Assembly (NCBI RefSeq): GCF_006345805.1
Contig: NC_042997.1
Span: 183,954,001 to 184,018,000, forward strand
Direction: 5' to 3'
From: Octopus sinensis
Lineage: Eukaryota
DNA: 64,000 bases
This document shows positions 47,301-59,616 of the stretch, in pieces (within the stretch, counting starts at the first letter, position 1; every line of letters starts with the position of its first letter). Made by a program: the position numbers and the translations under genes. The notes beneath the pieces are model-generated. The model was not told where the DNA came from. It saw only the letters and a list, made by a program, of their open reading frames with translations, and did no database searches.

Positions 47301-50300
47301 AGACCTTTGGCTCGAGAAGACCTGTCAAGCCATGTGAGATCATAGTTGTTGCTGATGCTGGTGTTTTGTAACTGGTACCTGTGCTAGTGGCACGTAAAAA
47401 GTACCCACTATACTCTTGGAGTGGTTGGTGTTAGGAAGGGCAACCATGCCAAATCAGATTGAAACCGGGTGCCGCTCTCCAGCTTACCAGTTTTCAGTCA
47501 AACTGTCCAACCCATGCCAGCATGGGAAACAGACATTAAATGATGATGATGATATATATATATATGTGACTGAAACAAATAAAATGTTACATTCACAAGA
47601 AGTTACATTCCCATTTAAATAAGTAATGTCTTTTTAATTACCTATCTTTAATGTAACAATTTCATGATTTAATTTGTTCATAATGATGTTTAACTTTGGT
47701 TGTTTTCCATTAGAAATTAGATTCCAGTCTTTAATTATATTAAAATTTATTAATTGAAATGATATTTCTTTCAAAAACTTAGCTTGTCTGGAAAGTTTGA
47801 AGAATTTTATCAAATGTTTGCCTCAGTGAATAAGAAATTGTCCTCATATGGACAGCGGGTTCAGTTTGCCAGCAGCAGAATATTGTTGATAAAAGGTTTG
47901 TTGAAATATTATTATGCTTTTGTGGTTTATCCATTAAAAATGAGAAACTAAAGGGGAAAAAAAAATGTGTGAAACTGATCCATCTTGATTTTTAATCTTA
48001 ACAATCTTTTTTAATCTTAACAGTCTTTCTGATGTTTATCTTTATCTCTACTATTCTCCATCTGTTCAGATTATTTGTGGTTGTAGATACCACAACTCAT
48101 TAGCACATCAAAGAGGATTTTACCTTCATGTGCTATATGTACAAGTAGCATAGTGAGAAACATCAGTCCTCGTAGTCGTCATCATCCCCATCCTCATCAT
48201 TGTTTTGATGTCCGCTTTTCCATGCTTGCATCATGGATTGAATGGAATTTGTCGAGGTAAATTTTCTGTGGTCAAATGTCTTTGTAGTTACCACATGGAC
48301 TGACATGAAGGGCACTGCTCATATGACAGTGAAACTCATTTACAACTATCATGCAATGTCAAGACAAGGACAGATACACATGTATATACATGCATGCATG
48401 TATACATACATACATACATACATACACATACATACATACATACATACATACATACATACATACATACATACATACATGCATGCATGCTTGCATACATACA
48501 TGCATGCATGCTTGCATACATACATGCATGCATGCTTGCATACATACATGCATGCATGCTTGCATACATACATGCATGCATGCTTGCATACATACATGCA
48601 TGCATGCTTGCATACATACATGCATGCATGCTTGCATACATACATGCATGCATGCTTGCATACATGCATGCATACATACATACATAATTTTAAATTAATA
48701 ATAGAAGGGTAAAATACATACATACGTACATACATACACACACATACACACACACACTCACACACACACACACACATACATAATTTTAAATTAATAATAG
48801 AAGGGTAAAATTTATCAAATTAATTAATTAATTGATCAATTAATTAACAATTTCACCAAGTAGATCGGTATATTAAAATAACCTTTATAGGTAAAATATA
48901 TATATATATATACATGCATACATATACATACATGAAGAGCTCCGCTCAAAATGTTAAATTCTCCTTCTTTCTTTCCTTTCTTGAGTGTCCAATAACTCTA
49001 TACTTGTTCCACATTCTCATGTTGTTGTGTTTTCTCTTTGTTCATGTTTGGATTAACTATATATATATATATATATATATTTGAAAAAATGAGTAGAGAT
49101 AGCTTTTGTGGGGATAATTATTATTTTAATGATAATGTTTCCAGTTACTCTAATGAGTTTCATGCTTTTCAATAGCCATTTTCAAACTGAAATTCTGTGG
49201 TTTAGAAGGTTATTTATATAGCAACAGATTTTTTCTTACAGGTATCATCATCATTGTTTAACGTCCGGTTTCAATGCTAGCATGGGTTGGACGATTTGAC
49301 TGAGGTCTGGCGAACCAGATGGCTGCACCAGACTGCAATCTGATCTGGCACAGTTTCTATAGCTGGATGCCCTTCCTAACGCCAACCACTCCGAGAGTGT
49401 AGTGGGTGCTTTTATGTGCCACCAACATGAAGGCCAGTCAGGTGGTACTGGCAACGGCCACGTTCAAATGGTGCTTTTTATGTGCCTCCTGTACAGGAGC
49501 CAGTCCAGTGGCACTGGCAACGACCTCGCTCAAATGTTTTTTCACGTGCCACCAGCACAAGTGTCAGTAAGGCGACGCAGGGAATGATCACGCTCAAATG
49601 GTGTTTTTAAACATGCCATTGGCACGGAGGCCAGCTTGTTGCTCTGGCCCCGATCTCACTCGTATGGTTCTCTTAGCGCTCCACTAGCACAGATGCCAGT
49701 CATCAAATTTGATTTCGATTTCACTTGTAAAAAATCTGTTGTTACATAAACAACCTTCTGAACCACAGAATTTCAGTTTGAAAACAGCTATGGAAAAGTT
49801 CAGAACTCATTTAGAGTAACTGGAAACATTATCATTAAGATATAAATTATCCCCCCAAAAGTCATTTTTACAAATATATTATACTCAAGGGTATATCTCA
49901 GTCTCTGAGATATACCCTTGGTATTCTAAGTGAACAAAATACTCATCAATTATACACTGCTGTAACTACTTGAATATGTAATGAAGCACATTCTGTTTAC
50001 AGTGTGTTAGATGTTTCAGTCATTATTATAACACTATAACCCTAACCCTAACTATTATTTTTTTCAAACTTTGCTTTTGTTACATTTATTCAAACCCCAA
50101 ATAATCCTTCTCAACATATGGCTATGATGCCTCCACCCACTCCTACTCGTGATCAAAGATGCACATATTGTCAGCCCTCAGGGACATACTCAAGTGCTTA
50201 AGGTCAAGCAGTCAACAATTGACAATCTGTGGTATTGAGCAGAATGTATGCTATAAAGAAAGTTCTAGAAAATTCTGCTTTAGTAACTCAGCACTGAATC

Positions 50301-53300
50301 TGCCTGAAATGTAATGGAAAATAAGGTCAGTTTCATAATATTGATGTCCAGATCACAAAAGCAAAGTTTAACACTTTCGTTACCATATTTATTTTGAGAT
50401 GCTCTGTGTTTCTTTCAATTACTTTAAATATAATTAAGAATTTAGTAAAATAACTTGGTTATCATTCAGCTAGTGTTAGCAACATAAATTGTGATTAAGG
50501 TTTGGTGGAAGATTTTAATTCAAAACTTACGAAAACAAGACTTTTGTACTCAGAGCCAGAGCTGGTTTCAGCCAGGTTGGTAATGAAAGGGTTAAAGAGA
50601 ATAATAGTAATTTCTTTTGATTTCTTGATAGAAGCAAATAAGAAATGACACTTATTGACTGAAGACAAAGAAAAATAATGTTGTTACACATGGCAGTTGG
50701 AGTATGAGCCATTGATTTTACATTAATTAGGCTATTAAATTCAGTTGTATTTTCATTTGCATTTGGTACTTATAACTAATGATAGGATTTTTCTTTGTTG
50801 AATAATTTAAAACACTCTTTTTCTTAATATAGCTTTATTTCAAACTGTTTTAAATATATTTTAAATGAATTAGGCATGATGTGAAAAATCACACATACAC
50901 ATGTACGCATGCATGCATGCTCATGCATGACGGCTTCCACACAGTTTTCATCTACTAAATTCACTCACAAGGCATTAGATTGGCCTGAAGCAATAATGGA
51001 AGATACTTGCTCAAGGTGCTGCACAGTGGGACTGAACCTGTAACCATGTGCTTTCAAGCCATGTTTCTTGACCACACAGCCATGCATGCCCCTAATAATG
51101 TATTTCAAAAAAATTCTCATTTTGTTGTAATTTTCTTCTTAGTTCAAGAAAGAAAACAAAATTTAACTGCAATTGTTAGTGACTCTTGAAAAAGGAGAAT
51201 GAATTCTAAGGAATTGATCATTAATTTCTCAAAATAAATGTACATGTTTAACCCTTTTGATCCTAACCTGCCTGAAACCGCCTCTGGCTCTGTAGTACAA
51301 ATGTCTTATTTTAAAAAATCCTGCATTAAAATCTTTCACCAAACCTTAGTCACAATTTATGTTCATAACACTAGGTTAATGATAACCAAGTTATTTTACT
51401 AAATTCTTTGTTATATTTAAAATTAATTGAAAGAAACACAGAGCATCTCAAAATAAATATGGTAACGAAAGGGTTAAGGGAAAATTGTTACTGGCAAGGT
51501 TTGGTCAGGCTGAAGCACATCTATCACTTTGTCTGCTGAAAAAGATCAAATTTTACCTCAAAACACTGAGCCTTACAAAAGAAATGACAAAGGACTGAGA
51601 TATGTGGTGCAGTGCTATACTTAAGAAGACCCACCCACCACAACAGAATTGATGTCCTAAAACCAAGGTGCCATGTAAAGAGTGTTGGTGATGGTGCCAC
51701 ATGGAAAGCACTGGTGATGGTGCCATATAAAAAGCACTGGTGATGGTGCCACACAAAAAGCATCAGTACACTCGGTAAAGGAAGGAGCTAAAGATACCAA
51801 TTGAAAACAGACTAACAAACTATGGAACCCGGTGCAGCCCCTGGCCTTGCTAGCTCCTGTCAGGCCATCCAACCCATGCCAGGCGGCATACCACAAAGCA
51901 TTTCACACCTGGTGAAATGCTTTGTGGTATTTCATCCACCACTGCATTCTGAGTTCAAATTCCACCAAGGTCGACTTTGCCTTTCATCCTTTCAGGGGTT
52001 GATAAATTAAGTACCAGTTACACTCTGGGATCGATGTAATTGACTTAATCCCTTTGTCTGTCTTTGTCCCTTCTGTGTTTAGCCCCTTGTGGGCAATAAA
52101 GAAATAAGAATGGAAAATGGGCATTAAATGATGGTGATGATGTAAAATATAATCTCTTGAAATTATCACCCTTTTCTTTGAGTCTTATTAATTATGGCTA
52201 GGTTTTTGTTTTCCTTTTCAATCTCAGGAAAATTTCATCAAAATCAGAATTTGTTTTCTTCCATACATCAGTCACTAATTACATTGTTTATTGATTTATT
52301 TATCTGAATTCATGGCATTAAGGGCATCCAGCCGTAGAAACACTGCCAGATTTGACTGGGCCTGATGAAGCCTTCTGGCTTCACAGACCCCAGTAGAACC
52401 GTCCAACCCATGCTAGCATGGAAAACGGATGCTAAACGATGATGATGATGATGATGAATACATCTAAGTTATTTATTTCCCTTCACCCAATTTTTTTTTT
52501 GCTTGAAATGATTTTAAATGGTATTTTTTCTTTTAGATATTATGGCAAAACAGAAATATTTGTCAAAACTTCAACAACAAACAGAGCTGCAAGAAGGTAA
52601 ATACAGTGAAACATCACCAGAGAATTCAGTAACTTCTGAGAAATGTGTTGAAAGTTTAGAAAGGTATGCATTACATTTATATAGTTCACTATAAACATCC
52701 GTTTTCCATGCCCTTCCTAAAGCCAACCACTCCGAGAGTGTAGTGGGTGCTTTTACATGCCACCGGCATGGGGGCCAGTCAGGCAGTACTGGCAATGACC
52801 TTGCTCGAATGTTTTTATACGTGCCACCGGCACAAGTGCCAGTAAGGCGACGCTGGTAACGATCACGCTTGAATGGTGACTTTTACATGCCACTGGCATG
52901 GAAGCAGTTAGCCGGTCTGGTAATGATCAGACTCGAATGGTGCTTTTTATGTGCCACTGGCACGGAAGCCGGTTAGCCGCTCTACCAACGATCACACTCG
53001 TATGGTGCTCTTTGCACCCCGCTAGCATGGACGCCAGTCATCGAATTTGATTTTGATTTCACTTGCCTTAACAGGTCTTTGCAAGCAGAGTTTAATGTCC
53101 AAAGAAGGAAAAGGTACGCATAAATATATATATATCTCTTATTATAAAAGGCAGATTTTATCTGCCTCCCTTTGTCTCTTATAGAAATCTACAATATAGG
53201 ATTTCTTCAATTACAATTTACCTAGCATTTTTAAGAGTAGAATGCATCGGGTCGTGCCAGGTCCAGTTTTTAAAATTTCAACCCCAATTAAGCAAAATTT

Positions 53301-56300
53301 AGAGAAAACTCACATTGTGGTGTCTAAGTCAAGTGCTTTTCTTAGTGTGGGCTATAGCACACGCACACACACACACACACAAAAAGGGAGCGATCTGATT
53401 CACTCACGCTATCACTCTAATTTCTACGACTTTCTCTTTGCAAGTTTGCAACGAATAAAGTGAAACTATTTCTATAACACGAGAGAAGTGTACCTTAAAC
53501 TACTACTAAAAAAAAAAACACAGCAAACAGAAACAAATAAATACATAACGATTTACTCCTCACACAATTTCTTCAATTAGAGTTTACCCATGATTTTTCA
53601 AAGTACTTCCATTGGGTCATGCCATACAAAATTTCTTTCAATTTTACCCCCAATTAAGACAAAATTCGAGAAAACTCAATATTTTAACATTTCACTCCGA
53701 AAGCATTGATGTACATGTGTGCGTGCGTGAGTGTGTGTGTGTCATTCCTCACACACGCATACACATACATATATGACAGTGACAAACACAAACGTTTCAA
53801 ACAACTACATACAAACACGTGTGTGTTTGTTATTAGTAAAAAACGCGCCAAACACAACTCACTTCTCATTCCAACACATTTTCAAAGACACACGGACGGT
53901 CGAATTGCTATAACAATACAGAAAAGGTAAATTGGTTTTTATTTTACTTTCTGTCGTTAAATTTTGGTAGTATTAATTGGCGAGCCAAGCTTCTTTCAGT
54001 ATATATTTACACATACATAAATATATACACATATTCTGTATATATTTTATTATATAATATTATATATAGATATATGTATATATAATTGCAGTATGAAACA
54101 GTTTTTATGTATAAACAGACGACACTTATATATAGTTATTAATAAATGTATGCATCCGTTTAACCCTTTCGTTACCAAACCGCCCGAAACTGACCGAAAA
54201 AAATTTTGGTTAATGTGACCAAGCCGCCCCAAACCGCCCGAATTTACCTATTCATATTTAAATGAGAATATCAGAGTAAATCTCTTTAGTACATTCGTGA
54301 AAACACGTATTATACTTCGTAAACAGTTCAACTACAGTTTTGTACAAAAATCGAAGTGTAATTTTAATTCCGTGAATTATGGGAGATTTTTTTTCGAAAT
54401 TTGTTCCTATTGTGTTTTCAAAATTTGTAATTCTGACAAGAAATGGATACGAATTTCATTATATCAAGCAGCGAGTCAGAATTCGAAGGATTTTCTACTG
54501 AAGACCTTCATAAATCTAACTCTATGACTGAAAAAAAAAAGCATGTGGTATTTGATAATGAATCTGATGTTTCATTTTCCGAAAGTGAAAACAGTGAATC
54601 CGAGAGCTCCGACAGTGATAAAGAAAATGAATTGGCACCTGAATGGAGTGAAAATTTAAAAATTGTTTCTCTCGGTGATTTTTCTGAAGAAACTGGACCA
54701 AGCCACAGACTTTCCCAGAAGAGTAAAGCCTTAGACTATTTCTTTTTACTTTTTCGAATTAGCCCATTTGAAATCATTACGGCGGAAACGAACTGTTACG
54801 CTAAACATAAACAAAGCGAAAGAAAGGATAGTTTGTTATTTCCCACAACCTTAAATGAAATTAAGGCCTATTTTGCCATAAATATTATTATGGGTATCAG
54901 AAAGTTACCCAGAATAACAAATTCTATCGTAAAATTTTGTTGTATACCCAATTGAATATTAGCTAATTTTCTATAGCGATGTTTGAACAAAATTTTAATA
55001 ATTTTATATATTGTTGAATTTACCTGTATCTACCTGCAATTAGAGTCACTTTGTGACAAAAATTATAGTATAGAATTGGTTGAGAACATTTCATTAAATT
55101 CGCTTCCAAAATTCATGTTAATATATTGATAAATAAAAAAGTTATAGTTGTTTAATGAAACCAGACTAAATTTATGATTACGTTAGAAATTAATTGAAAC
55201 ACATAAGGGGTGTATTTTGGTCAGAAATATAGCAACGAAAGGGTTAAGAAAAACCAAAAAATATTTTATTCTTTATAAATGTTGTGTTCAAAATAACATT
55301 TTCTTTTAAGAATGTGTATATAACAAAGTATGTGTATATAACTACGTGGCTTATATCTTTATATATAAGAGTGAAGTTGTGTGTCTGTCTCCTACAATTT
55401 AGATTCGTAACTACTCCCACATTTTGCGGTGCAGTTTAACCAAAAGCGGGTATCTTATAGTCATGATTCATATCGAGCCCTTCTGGGTATTAGCGCGCGT
55501 CTACGATGAGTCTACGATTTAAAAAAAATTTACCATCATATTTTTCCATTTTAATGCATTTTTTCGCTATTATATAAGGGAAGTAACTCTCTAAAAATAT
55601 CTACGATGTGTCAACGATTTAAAAAAAAAATTTACCTTAATTTTTTTTTCAATTTTTAATGCATGTTTTTGCTATTTTTTGGCTATAACTCTCTAAAAAT
55701 GCTTATATAGTTATTTCCCTTACAAACCCGAGCAACGCCGGGCGATATTGCTAGTATATATATAAAATAAAATGAGCATTGAAACACCTCAGAGTGTAGC
55801 TACAAAAAAGTAAAATTAATGACATTGTTCAATTTGGTTTTCCTATATTATGATGCTAGTGTTTGATAAGAGGAAGATTTGTCTGCTATTTCTAACAATC
55901 CAAGTGGCCACTCAGTTGCTCCTCAGTTAACCCTAGATCACAAATAAGACGGATATCTCTATATCTATAAACGGCAAAATGTCTGTGTGTGTGTCCTTCA
56001 TACAAATCCACAATTTTTCAGTTAGAGGGCTCGCACTTTCTATGGTCATTCAAAACCGTCCAAGGGTGGTCGTGCACATCTTTACATTTCCCCAGTCACC
56101 CTGCAAAGCCATTAAAAAATCAATAGAAGTGACTTTTTTGTGAATTTTCTATCGAAAACCCAATCAAAATGCCCGAAACTTGATATGCCAATTGAATGCC
56201 AGCTAGCTGTATGTGATTGGTTGAAGATTTGGACAGTACTTGCGTGTATGTGCGCACGCACACAGCTGTATATGCATGCACTAGCACTATGACCTGGGTC

Positions 56301-57210
56301 ATAGTGCTAGTTTTTATATAAAATGGACATTTTATTTACATTGAATGCTCTTGCAATTACTAAAAGCTAAACAAGGACGTACGAGTAGAGCCTGTGTGGT
56401 TGTTGTTATTATTTTTCATTTGTTTTTGTGGTGGTGGAAGGAAAGCTGTTTGTTCAATCAAGCATGAACAAACAGAGCTACATTACATTGCACAGGAGAA
56501 CAACACAATGTCTACTCACGTGATTTATAGTGTCCACACTACAGCTGGTGAAATTTAAGAAATAACACTAATAAAATGACAATGTTATTATACTAATATC
56601 AAAAGAAGTATATACTATCATCGTCATTTAGCATCCATACTGGTATGGGTTGGAGAGTTTGGCAGGATCCAGTTGGTTCAAGGACTGTACTGTGCCACAG
56701 AATCTGCTTTAACATTATTTCTATGGCTGGATACCCTTCCTAATGTCAACTGATTTACATGTACTGAGTTCATTTTTCATGCCACTAAGGACACCATGTA
56801 GCTCACAAGATTACAAGGGGAGAGTTGTTATGCTAGATGAGCAGTTATATATATATATATATATATATACAAAATAAGAAAATGGAGGAATAGATTCCTT
56901 TCAATCATCAACTTACAGATAATACCAATTTATATAATTTATTAACTAATTAAATAGGAACATCTAAATCCAACAGAATAAAACAATATACATCAATAAG
57001 TAAGATAATACCATAAAAATAATACATATAAAATGGATCTTACAGCTGTTTCAGCCAGTAGATAAAGGTATCTCATTATGCCTATATTAGTCAGATGTAT
57101 TGAGGTAATATGCAGTTAAAAATGAGTTATATATATATCTCAAGGCCTCGTCAGTATATTGGATAACTGATATCCCATAGTGGGTTACACTCATAACCCC
57201 TATCTCACTT

Positions 57211-57253
<43 letters not shown>

Positions 57254-59580
57254 GCACACACACATATATCATCATCATCCAGTGTTTTAAATCCTGGTTT
57301 TGTCCCCATTAACGGGGGTGGCCAGATCTACCTCAATGCCATAGCGACTGAGGTAGGCAGGTGCAGCCCACACCCCACCTTTGGTCTAGCTGGTGCCCAT
57401 TTTCCTTTGCTATTATGAGGCCTTTTTGGAGTCGGATTTTCTACAGGGAGCATGCCTTTGCTTACCCCCAACCTCAGTTTCTAGACATGAGTAGTCCTGA
57501 GACCAAGGCCTCTAACAAGATTTTTAAGAAATGTGGTGGAAAACTAGCTCAGGAAGGCAGGGACTCTACTCCATGAGATCCCTTTTGGAGCCCCCTTACC
57601 TATATATATATAAATATATATATATGTGTGTTTATGTGTATCATCATCATTGTTTAAAGTCCGCTTTCCATGTTTGACTGAGGACTAGTTAGCCAGAGGT
57701 TGCACCAGGCTCAATCTGATCTGGCAAAGTTTCTACACATGGATGCCCTTCCTAACGCCAACCACTCCGAGAGTGTAGTAGGTGCTTTTCATGTGCCACT
57801 GGCATGAGGGCCAGTCAGGCAGTTCTGGCAATGACGACGCTCAAAAGGTGTTTTTATGTGCTACCTGCACAGGAGCCAGTCCAGTGGCACTGGCAACGAC
57901 CGCACTTGAATGTTGTTTTACACAGGCCACTGCCACATGTGCTGGTAAGGCGATGTTGGCAATGATCACGCTCAAATGGTATTTTTCACATGTCACCAGC
58001 ATGGGAGCCAATATATACTGTTACAACCTGCCATCGCTCAACTCGAACTCGGGACCCTAAGTCGAACGACGACGACTACGCTCAGTCAAATCAGAAATCC
58101 ACCACAGAAAGCGGTGGGGTTGGCAGCGAACGCAAACCAGTAACCGGGGACAACAACAACAACAGGAAGAGAGAGACAGCGGAAGGTAGTTTCTTAAATT
58201 AACAACAATTTATACAATTTTTACAACATCAATTAAAACGCAATACAGAGTTCGAAAACAACCAATGGCATGCACAATACAGAATTTGGAAAACAATCCA
58301 AATTAAAGTCTTTCTCTTTCTTTTAACACAATGTTCTTTTCCTTTTAGGAACACATCTTACAGTTCTTTTCTCTTTTCTTTCTTTTCCACAGTTCTTTTT
58401 ACAGGGTCTCTTTTCTTTTAACACACATCAAAATTCAACAACAAAAAACATAAACAAACATTACCGCATGTTTTCTCATTCACAAAATCCTACTATAAGC
58501 AATCTAGCCTTCTCGCTGTCATCTCCCTTACTTCCTCTCGCTTGTCAAGTCCTCAATCTTCTCAGTCTGTCTTTCTCGCCTCGCTATTGCCTCTCACCAT
58601 CACCACCTTCTCAGCTGACCGTCCATATCGACTCGCTGTCGCAACCGACTGACTTCTTCTCTGGCCCTTCCCTCTCTCGCCAACTGACCAACTAACCCCA
58701 ATGCCAGCTGCATTTATAAAGGGTAGCATTTTTACTTTTTTCTTAAACTCTCCCTGACCGTAGGGATCAAAATGCCACTTCCCAACTCATTAATTTTCCC
58801 TTACCGGTGACAGGACAAAGACTCATTACTTCTTTTTCCAGTCTGTCCGGCTCCAACCAACAAAATTGGGTCACAGCATTTTCTCGTCTTTTTGACCTTC
58901 ACTACAATATATATATAAATATAAAAATGGAACAAAAACGCAATAGAGTACAACAAAACATTCGGACAGATAGACGATACAAGGCAGACAAGACAAATAA
59001 CAATTAGGTGGGGCACCATTACAATATGATCACAGTTCATTGTTGTGGGAACCCCTTCAGTTTTGGAATCATCTTTGGTGGATGTTCTTCCTGATTTGAA
59101 ATACTGGCACCACTTGAAAAACTGTTGATGGTGTGTATAGCATACTGTAGTCCTGTTGCAATATTAGAAGAAATCTCACTAATTTAAAACAGAGTTTCAC
59201 ATAAGCATGTTGCTCTTTCAAATCCTTCATTGTTCAAATTGTAATAAATTGTCAAGTGCAGTAAACATATGTTCATTCTAGCACATATGAATTGGTGACT
59301 AACTGATGTGATGTGGTTATTTCTGACTGAACATTGACAGGTTGCTCATACAGAACTGTGATCATTAGCTTGCTACACCAGTTTGTTGGCTTGCTGTTTT
59401 GAAACTTCAGTTTCTTTTTGGACAGACCTCACACACATGCATACACATATACACAGGCACATGCACACAGATGTGCACACACACACCTACATGCACATAC
59501 ATATATGCATAGATGCAAACACACACATATATATATATGTACTCATTGTTATTTTATGTCTGCTTTCCATGCTGATATGG

Positions 59581-59616
<36 letters not shown>

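Noticed and set aside
48242-48777. Multiple long ORFs (MHACLHTY repeats)
   Set aside because: Artefacts of stop-free simple repeats; the same applies to 10394-10808, 33807-34198 and 61813-62326
54443-54955. Domesticated PGBD gene
   Set aside because: Truncated before the DDD catalytic core and still bounded by TIRs and TTAA
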